From contig OZ242320.1 in the NCBI GenBank assembly GCA_965208125.1, positions 1,056,001-1,120,000 of the forward strand: 64,000 bases of DNA. Direction: 5' to 3'. Shown here one piece after another: positions 44,831 through 52,065 of the stretch. The stretch's first letter is position 1; each line of letters starts with the position of its first letter. Position numbers and translations under genes: made by a program. This stretch comes from Candidatus Latescibacterota bacterium (GTDB taxonomy: Bacteria; Latescibacterota; UBA2968). The notes below the pieces were generated by a model that saw only the letters and a program-made list of their open reading frames with translations, made no database searches and was not told where the DNA came from.

Positions 44831-47278
44831 ATGAGACTCCAAAACCTGTGTCTCTTTGCAATCATTGGTATTGTGTTCATTGCTTCCCCATCTGAAGGGA
44901 CTGATCCACCCGTGTCGCTTACAGACGCTGAACGAGATTCGCTTGTGGCCCTTGGTGAGGAGAAAATTTTGAATCGAGAACTCGATCTCGCCATCGAGAT
45001 CTTCACGAGACTCACGCAGGCCTATCCCAACGACGCCTATTTGAGAACTCGATTGGGCTATGCACATCTATCCAATGCCAATTACGAAGCCGCCGAGGCC
45101 GCCTACGAGAAGGCCAAAGAACTCAATCCGGATCTTCCCGAAGCCTACGTCGGTGTTGGATTGACCTATGCCGAACGCCCCGCCAGGGGAATGGGCGCGC
45201 TGCAAAACTTCCGCAAAGCACTGGGCGAGGGCAAGCGGGCCACCAAGATTGATTCCACCTATGCGCCGGCATATCGACTTTTGGGTGAACTCTACGAGCG
45301 ATTCAGGGACGATCACGAAAAGGCAATCAAGTACTACCTGAAATACGTTGAAAAGGAACCCGACAATCCAGATGGACTTTATTACTTCGGGCTTGCGTGC
45401 ATCCAGGCCAAACGATTTGACCTCATTGAACAGTATCTCGCACCCTATCTGGCGCAACATCCAGAGGAAACGAGATTGATTTCACAAGTGGCTCAGGGGT
45501 TCTTTTATCTGGAGAAATACGAACGTGCTCTGGCCCTGTTCGAGCAATACCTTCTCAAACTGGACGAAACGGAAAGGGCGCATTACACGGATATCTCCCT
45601 CGTGGCTTCAGAAAAGGAACAGCATGCTTTTGCTTCGCTCGAAAATGAAGCGGATCGGCTTGCCTATCTGCAACAGTTCTGGATGCGTAGAGACCCCGAT
45701 ATTCTAACCGCGATCAACGAGCGCATTATCGAGCATTATCGCCGCGTCTGGTTCGCCCGAACCTTCTTCTCTACAAAAGTGTATCCCTGGGACCGGCGGG
45801 GCGAAGTGTATATTCGCTTTGGCGAGCCGGATTATCGCTCCCGTTCCGACAACCGCGAATTTATCATAAGCCCGGAAGTAGAGGCCGTGCGAACGCAAAT
45901 GGCAGTCGATCTGTACGGGCCACAGGCTGCGTATTTGACATTCATCGGTCCCGTCTTTCCCATTCGCACCCGGCGCGACCCGTTCAGCACAACCGACAAT
46001 CCGCCCGAAGTGAACCGCGGAGATATCGCCAGGCTGGGAACCAGCGATGCAAATGAGGAAGATATCACACTGGATACGCTGGATCCCATAGACGCCACGC
46101 CCGGCGCAACTCCCCGGCAGGATCAGAGCATTACAGATCGCTCTGGAAATCCGATATCCAGAATGGCGTTCGACAGCTACGCGCCCGTCACTGTGGATGG
46201 TCCACAGGAATCCGTACCCTGGGAAACCTGGACCTATACAAAACTCCAGAATGGCGTGGAGTTTACGTTTACAGATGAGGTGGGACGAGGCGACTTTGAT
46301 TTTGCACCCTTGCCGCCGAGGGCCGCTGGCGATGACAAACTCAAGAAAGCCGTGCAACTCATTCGCTACACACCCGGCGTGATCTACCAGAAGGTAGTTG
46401 CAAAAACACCCGATTTTTATCGCCCGGACATCCGCGCAGACGCGCTGGGCTTTTACTACGATCTCGCGGACTTTCGCGGCGAGAACGGCCAGACCCAGCT
46501 CGAAGTCTATTACGGCGTACCTCCCGCAGAAGTGGAAATTTCCCAAACACAGAAAGATCACCTGATCCATGTACAGGGAACACTGGCTCTCGCAGACGAG
46601 GGACATACCCACATTTATCGCACAGAGGATGTGTTCACCTATCAAAAAAGCGACGGATTTGATGAGCGAAAAGGGGCATTTGTGCCGGATCTGCTCAAAC
46701 TGGAAGTTCCCCCCGGCAAATACCAGCTTCAAGTGCAGTTGAAAGATGTGATCTCTGGGCGAGTAGGGGTTTACAAACAAAATGTGGATATTCACGACTA
46801 CAGTTCCGATCAGCTTAAAATAAGCGGCATCCAGCTCGCCCTGGCCATAGAACAAGAGGGCAAAAACGCCCGTCTTCGGAAAGACGAAGTATGGGTGATC
46901 CCCCATCCATCCAGAACTTATGGAAGCGGCGCACAGGTATTCGCCTATTTCGAAATCTACAATTTGAAACGCGACAAATTCGGCCAAACGCGCTACAACG
47001 TACAATACCAGATCAAGTTCAGTTCCCAATTCTCCTCGGGAGTCGCCAGCGCGATCTCATCGGGACTGCGCGCACTATTGCAAAGAAAAAGGCCGGAAGT
47101 ATCTGTCGCTTACGAGCAAATCGGCTCCAATCCCGTACAAAAAGAATACGTAGAGTTGGATTTGCAAAAAGCCAAACCGGGGGTAAATATTTTGCAAGTA
47201 ACCATCACAGACGAAGTCAGCAAACAGGAGGACACCCGCGAGGTGATGTTCGTCTATGGCGCAACACCTGAAGAATGA
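44831..47278 (+). CDS. Secreted GWxTD-like/TPR protein
   Basis: Signal peptide from ATG 44831 (AGGTGA RBS), TPRs, FWMRRDP...NERIIEHYRRVWFA and PWDRRGEVYIRFGEPD, C-terminal Ig-like region. Confidence 0.8.
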   Translation: MRLQNLCLFAIIGIVFIASPSEGTDPPVSLTDAERDSLVALGEEKILNRELDLAIEIFTRLTQAYPNDAYLRTRLGYAHLSNANYEAAEAAYEKAKELNPDLPEAYVGVGLTYAERPARGMGALQNFRKALGEGKRATKIDSTYAPAYRLLGELYERFRDDHEKAIKYYLKYVEKEPDNPDGLYYFGLACIQAKRFDLIEQYLAPYLAQHPEETRLISQVAQGFFYLEKYERALALFEQYLLKLDETERAHYTDISLVASEKEQHAFASLENEADRLAYLQQFWMRRDPDILTAINERIIEHYRRVWFARTFFSTKVYPWDRRGEVYIRFGEPDYRSRSDNREFIISPEVEAVRTQMAVDLYGPQAAYLTFIGPVFPIRTRRDPFSTTDNPPEVNRGDIARLGTSDANEEDITLDTLDPIDATPGATPRQDQSITDRSGNPISRMAFDSYAPVTVDGPQESVPWETWTYTKLQNGVEFTFTDEVGRGDFDFAPLPPRAAGDDKLKKAVQLIRYTPGVIYQKVVAKTPDFYRPDIRADALGFYYDLADFRGENGQTQLEVYYGVPPAEVEISQTQKDHLIHVQGTLALADEGHTHIYRTEDVFTYQKSDGFDERKGAFVPDLLKLEVPPGKYQLQVQLKDVISGRVGVYKQNVDIHDYSSDQLKISGIQLALAIEQEGKNARLRKDEVWVIPHPSRTYGSGAQVFAYFEIYNLKRDKFGQTRYNVQYQIKFSSQFSSGVASAISSGLRALLQRKRPEVSVAYEQIGSNPVQKEYVELDLQKAKPGVNILQVTITDEVSKQEDTREVMFVYGATPEE

Positions 47279-47319
47279 GATCCCGGGGTTCCGGTTAGTA
47301 ATTCCGAGAGGCAAAACGC

Positions 47320-49305
47320 GTGGCAATACAAACAGATTTTGTAACTGAAACCGATCCCCAACAAGAAAAGGGCCTGACGGTTCGCTCGGTGGGGATTGCC
47401 CTGGGCGCAGTGGTATTCATCAACCTGTGGGTAACCTATGCCGAAACCGTGGTGCATGCATCCAGACTGAACCTGAGCTTTTTTCAGCTCACATTGATGG
47501 CCGTATTTGTCTTGCTGGTCGCAGCCGTCAACCCGATCTTGAAAATCCTGGGATCGCACCGCGCGTTTTCTCCCTCAGAACTGCTGGCAATAGCGGCAAT
47601 CGGCATGGTGGGGTGCGTGGTACCCGCTTCGGGCGTAACCGGATTCCTCATCGGCGTCATTTCCACACCGATTTACTTTGCCACACCCGAAAACCGATGG
47701 GGCGAATTTTATCATCCCAACCTCGATTCCTGGGTCGTACCCACAGACCCCGAAGCCCTGCGCATGTTCTACGAAGGCTTGCCACCCGGCGCGTCCATGC
47801 CCTGGGAAGTATGGCTAATGCCTCTGCTGTGGTGGGCGAGCTTTATCGTCGCAGTATTCGCGCTCTCAGCCAGCATGATGGTCATCTTGCGCAAGCAATG
47901 GGCAGAGCACGAAAAACTGGTCTATCCCCTTGTGGCCGTGCCCCTGGAAATGGCTCAAGATTCGCGGTCAAAAAAACGGTTACCGGGATTCATGCGAGGC
48001 AAACTATTCTGGATCATGGCCGCAATACCATTTTTGTTATTCTTGTGGAATTCCCTATCCTGGTTTTATCCACTCATGCCCGGAATCGGGATCTTTCCCC
48101 ACGCCGGAAAGTTTAATTTTACGCGGTATTCTCCCCACGTCTATCTGGAACCCCTGAACCTGTTCACCATCGGCTTTGCGTACTTTGCCAACACACAGGT
48201 ATTGTTTTCCGTCTGGTTTTTCTTCTTATTACACGTAGTAGAAGGCGGCATTTTCAACCGCCTGGGCTACCAGATAGCCAAATCAACCGACTCGTTCAGC
48301 GCCGATCCCCCTACCGAAGCCTATCAGTGCTTTGGCGCGCTGGCATGCCTGGTCGTATGGCGATTGTGGGTCGCGCGGTGGCATTTGCGAGACGTCTTCC
48401 TCAAAGCATTTAGAAAGGCGTATCCCGCCGACGATTCCCAGGAAGTACTGGCCTACCGAACAGTGGTCTTTGTATTTTTAGTGAGCCTGTCTTTTGTACT
48501 CTTTTGGCTCTGTCGCATCGGCATGGATATAACAACCGCACTCGTCTTTCTCTGTGCGCTATCCATAATTTACATCGGTCTGGCGCGGGTCGTATCAGAA
48601 GCCGGGATGGTGTATTCGGGCGCAACGGTAACACCGCAGGCATTTGTCATGGACATGCGTGGCACACAAGTCATGTCTGCGGGCAGTTTGACGGGTATTG
48701 CCCTATCGTATTCCATTGTCGATTACATGCGGGGACTATTCACGCCCGGCGTGGCACAGTCCATCAAAATGGGCGAACTCATTCAGGGCAATCGCCGCGC
48801 ATTGTTATTCTGGGCTGGCATAAGCGTCTTGCTGGGACTGGGCGCATCCGTATTTTATACCCTGCACCTGGGCTATTCTCACGGGGCATACAACTTCCCG
48901 CGCTTCCCCTTTTTCAGCGGCGATCCAAAAGGCATCTACGGATCGACGCTAACCATGATGCACACGCCCAAAGCACCCGACGGCGAGCGCATGGTCTTCT
49001 TTGCAATCGGAGCGGGCCTGATGGCATTGTTGACCTTTCTGCGCTACCGATTCCCGGGCTGGCCCCTGCATCCCATCGGCCTGACCCTGTCCGCCGCCGA
49101 CAATACCGCCCACCTCGTCATGCCCGTCTTTATCGCCTGGGCGTGTAAATCTATAATCATGGCCGTCGGCGGTGTAAACCTCTACCGCCGCTCCAAACCA
49201 GCGTTTCTCGGCCTGTTGGTGGGCTATACAGCCGGAGTAGTACTATCTTTCCTCATTGACGCGCTGTGGTGGCCGGGGGAAGGGCATCTCGTACATTATT
49301 GGTAG
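47320..49305 (+). CDS. DUF6785/DUF6784-like multi-pass inner-membrane protein, copy 2
   Basis: Full-length paralog of 42810-44792 with long identical peptide blocks. Confidence 0.7.
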   Translation: MAIQTDFVTETDPQQEKGLTVRSVGIALGAVVFINLWVTYAETVVHASRLNLSFFQLTLMAVFVLLVAAVNPILKILGSHRAFSPSELLAIAAIGMVGCVVPASGVTGFLIGVISTPIYFATPENRWGEFYHPNLDSWVVPTDPEALRMFYEGLPPGASMPWEVWLMPLLWWASFIVAVFALSASMMVILRKQWAEHEKLVYPLVAVPLEMAQDSRSKKRLPGFMRGKLFWIMAAIPFLLFLWNSLSWFYPLMPGIGIFPHAGKFNFTRYSPHVYLEPLNLFTIGFAYFANTQVLFSVWFFFLLHVVEGGIFNRLGYQIAKSTDSFSADPPTEAYQCFGALACLVVWRLWVARWHLRDVFLKAFRKAYPADDSQEVLAYRTVVFVFLVSLSFVLFWLCRIGMDITTALVFLCALSIIYIGLARVVSEAGMVYSGATVTPQAFVMDMRGTQVMSAGSLTGIALSYSIVDYMRGLFTPGVAQSIKMGELIQGNRRALLFWAGISVLLGLGASVFYTLHLGYSHGAYNFPRFPFFSGDPKGIYGSTLTMMHTPKAPDGERMVFFAIGAGLMALLTFLRYRFPGWPLHPIGLTLSAADNTAHLVMPVFIAWACKSIIMAVGGVNLYRRSKPAFLGLLVGYTAGVVLSFLIDALWWPGEGHLVHYW

Positions 49306-49390
49306 AAGTGTGAAGTTTGAAAAAAGAAGGCAGCGATGAAGGCGGGAGGGTCTTTAGCTCACGAGTGGAGCGAGTAGGAATAGAGATAAC

Positions 49391-49825
49391 TCAGTGCGAT
49401 TCTGAGTCCGGGTCTTCGGATTCTGTATCGGGTGCGGGGAGTATAGATTCTGCCCATTGGACAACAGCCTGAGCGAGTCTTACAGCTTCTTGATATTCTT
49501 CTTCATTGACCTCTTCTACTTCATCTGGATATCGCCCGGAAACCGCATAATCTGTAAGGGTTGTAGCAGCATCTACATCTGTGGGTAAAACAATCTCTTT
49601 GGGAAGCAGGTCGAGGAGAGTTCTGATATTGTGTGTTTTAGGGTAAGAGATGTTGTTGATAATCAAGACAGCTTTCACTGCTTTCTCAACTGCCTGTTGG
49701 GCATGAAAACACAACTGCTCGTAAAAACTATCTTCCGGCAAAGGAACTTGCGCCAGTGCAAGGTCTCCTCTGGCATATCGGAGCCCTGCTGCCGGATCGC
49801 TTGAATCAGAATTTTCATGCAACAT
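49391..49825 (-). CDS. HEPN domain protein
   Basis: CFHAQQAVEKAVKA, PKTHNI..L, LTDYAV..RYP. Overlaps the stop of the upstream MNT gene. Confidence 0.9.
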   Translation of the reverse strand: MLHENSDSSDPAAGLRYARGDLALAQVPLPEDSFYEQLCFHAQQAVEKAVKAVLIINNISYPKTHNIRTLLDLLPKEIVLPTDVDAATTLTDYAVSGRYPDEVEEVNEEEYQEAVRLAQAVVQWAESILPAPDTESEDPDSESH

Positions 49826-50132
49826 AAACGTCCTTTCCCTCGCGTAAGATCGTTTGATAAATCAATCCGATATTGTTTTTATGCTTTTCCAAAATTTCAG
49901 GTGTCGTCACCAGAATATCAAAAGGAACGCCAAGTCCGCGAATTTCTCGATAGAGATGCTGCGCTGTTCTTCGTCTGTGAACGCCATTGGGCATAACAAC
50001 GAGCACATCCACATCGCTGTCCGGTCCCATCTCGCCTCGCGCAGCCGAGCCAAAAAGGATAATCTTGAGCGGATTGACAATTTCGACAATTCGCTCTACG
50101 AGTTGATCAATGATGTTCGCGTCGGGTTGCAT
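49815..50132 (-). CDS. Minimal nucleotidyltransferase (MNT)
   Basis: IILFGSAARG....DSDVDVLVV, 105 aa. Confidence 0.92.
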   Translation of the reverse strand: MQPDANIIDQLVERIVEIVNPLKIILFGSAARGEMGPDSDVDVLVVMPNGVHRRRTAQHLYREIRGLGVPFDILVTTPEILEKHKNNIGLIYQTILREGKDVYVA

Positions 50133-50173
50133 GTGTCACGCTCCAAAAAGCAGAACTCATCTCTGGAGAAACA

Positions 50174-50330
50174 TAGCTTGATAGGCATTAAAATTGACAT
50201 ACTCCCAAAGCCGAAGCATTGGGATTCTCGGTGCTTTAGCCAGAGATTGTGCGATCATCAGCCGTTACTGGCTATGCAAGCCCAGTCTTACGCGGCCTCC
50301 TGCATAGGTGGATGTCCCCACCTGTGAATG
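50174..50330 (-). ncRNA. Predicted TnpB omega/reRNA (scaffold in the right end, guide from the flank). 5' boundary approximate
   Basis: Position over the tnpB 3' end and right-end hairpin ending in TCAA follows the known IS605 TnpB arrangement. Predicted guide TTTTAATGCCTATCAAGCTA (50193-50174). Confidence 0.6.
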
Positions 50331-51415
50331 TTTATTGCAGCGTTGAGGTCTCTATCTATCTCAAGACCACATTCGCCACAACGGAATGTTCTCTCTCGCA
50401 ATTCGAGATCGTCTTTCACGGTATCACAACCCGAGCAGGTCTTAGACGTTTTTTCCCACATATCAAGTTTTTTGAAACCTGTACCCGTCTTTTTGGCAAC
50501 ATACTCAACGATAGTGAGAAAATCAGAGAAACCGAGGTCGCTAATCTTTCTGCCCCACAACTTCTGCATTGCCCTGATATTTAACGTCTCAAAACACAAG
50601 AAATCATACTCCCCGCATAGTTGATACGCAAGACGCCAGTGATAGTCCCGCCGTTGGTTCGCAACACGCCTATGCACTCTGGCAAGATTTACTCTTGCGC
50701 TCTGGCGATTGTTGCTCCCCTTATCCTTGCGAGAAAGATTGCGATTGGCCTTCTTGACCTTTCTGATGTTACGAGAAAAAAACAAAGGCGATTGTATTCT
50801 TGTGCCGTCCGAAGCAGTGAGGTATGTTTTCAAGCCGAAATCAAAGCCTGCGGTTTTACCCGTCTTGACAAAATCCTGCTTGAACCTATCTGCTCTTGCA
50901 ACAACACACAACCACAAATCGCCTACGCGATCACGTTTAATTGTGACCGTCTTAACACTTTCTACATCAAAGTCCATACTCTTGTGATACCGATATACAC
51001 GCTTAGTTTTGCCTGATATGCCGAAGCTAATCTGTATCTTGTTACGCTCCAAAAACTTATACCCCGCAGTTTTTAGTGTATAGGACTTATACCTGAACTG
51101 GCTACGAAACTTCGGCGGTCGCTTGTTCTCCCGCTTGAAAAACTTGTCATATCCGAAATCAATCCTTTCTATCACGTTTTGCAACGCCTGATTCGGTAGC
51201 AAGTACCAGTGGGCAAAGCGTTTTGTCCGTTTCAGTTTCGTTAGGTGCTTCATCAGGGCAAACTTGTTCGGATACTTGCCAAATCTGCGGTAGTATCGCT
51301 TGTGCAGGGCAATGAAATGGTTATACACGCCAGCAAAAGCGTCTATATCCCTATGTAGATACTTGTTGCGATCACAACGCGAATACAACTTAAATTTGTG
51401 CGTGATATAGTCCAT
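50288..51415 (-). CDS. tnpB: RNA-guided endonuclease TnpB
   Basis: RuvC D (GFDFGLK), E (CFETLN), D (DRDLNAAINI), zinc finger CSGC...CGEC. Confidence 0.95.
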   Translation of the reverse strand: MDYITHKFKLYSRCDRNKYLHRDIDAFAGVYNHFIALHKRYYRRFGKYPNKFALMKHLTKLKRTKRFAHWYLLPNQALQNVIERIDFGYDKFFKRENKRPPKFRSQFRYKSYTLKTAGYKFLERNKIQISFGISGKTKRVYRYHKSMDFDVESVKTVTIKRDRVGDLWLCVVARADRFKQDFVKTGKTAGFDFGLKTYLTASDGTRIQSPLFFSRNIRKVKKANRNLSRKDKGSNNRQSARVNLARVHRRVANQRRDYHWRLAYQLCGEYDFLCFETLNIRAMQKLWGRKISDLGFSDFLTIVEYVAKKTGTGFKKLDMWEKTSKTCSGCDTVKDDLELRERTFRCGECGLEIDRDLNAAINIHRWGHPPMQEAA

Positions 51416-51828
51416 CAGACACCTTTTTGATTTTCTACATATCGTTTTAGAACCTCAAGCGTTACTTCGCCAGCAGTTGCTACAAACTTGCTACGAGTCC
51501 ACAAAGACGGCAACCTGCTTTTTAACGCTGGATATTCAGACCGCAAAACATGAGCGGTATAACCTTTAATCCTGCCCACAACACGGCTTACCGCCTCTGA
51601 TGGTGGAATAGACAAAAGTACATGGACATGATCAGATAACACTTCACACGCTTGCACTTCGTAGCCATACTCATCTTGTTTTTCAAACACCAATTCTTTT
51701 ATTCGTTTTTGCATATCTTCATCTAATACTTGGCGACGAAATTTAGTACACCAAATAATGTGATAATGACAACTGAACACCGCACTATGCGAAGTGTGAT
51801 ACTTCATATTAGGACTTTTTAGCTCCAT
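51415..51828 (-). CDS. tnpA: IS200/IS605 Y1 (HUH) transposase
   Basis: YHIIWCTKFRR, DHVH, IKG, LW.RS.F, YVENQ. TGATG stop/start overlap with tnpB. Alternative start at 51807. Confidence 0.95.
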   Translation of the reverse strand: MELKSPNMKYHTSHSAVFSCHYHIIWCTKFRRQVLDEDMQKRIKELVFEKQDEYGYEVQACEVLSDHVHVLLSIPPSEAVSRVVGRIKGYTAHVLRSEYPALKSRLPSLWTRSKFVATAGEVTLEVLKRYVENQKGV

Positions 51829-52065
51829 AACTAACTCTTTTGTTAGAATATATAATTAAAATCTAACAAATATATAGTGTGGTGCCAAGTAGAAAGTTCA
51901 GGATGCTAAAGCAAACCCAAAATCAAAGCCCTTGGTAACCCAAACCTAAAGGATTGGGCTTGACGGGCTTTAGTGGTCAAGGAGGCTGGATTGGTTTTTG
52001 TTCGACAAGGCCATCCGAGTTCCCTATATTTTGATGTTGTTGTCGAATTCCGAGGAACTGGCAAT

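Larger units (their letters stand above)
50194..51975 (-). mobile_element. Complete IS200/IS605-family element (IS605 group, tnpA + tnpB)
   Basis: Left end CAAG + hairpin CCCAATCCTTTAGGTTTGGG (51958-51939), preceded by target TTGAC (51980-51976). Right end GAAT + hairpin CCCAATGCTTCGGCTTTGGG (50223-50204) + AGTATG-TCAA ending at 50194. Confidence 0.9.

Noticed and set aside
45704-47029. 441-aa minus-strand ORF
   Set aside because: Antisense shadow of the third GWxTD gene.
50288-51415. RuvC protein as a possible Cas12 effector
   Set aside because: It is coupled to tnpA inside IS ends and there is no array, so it is TnpB.
51973-52065. N-terminal extension of the M60 ORF in the track
   Set aside because: The GTG lies within the IS left end and would not exist in the empty allele.
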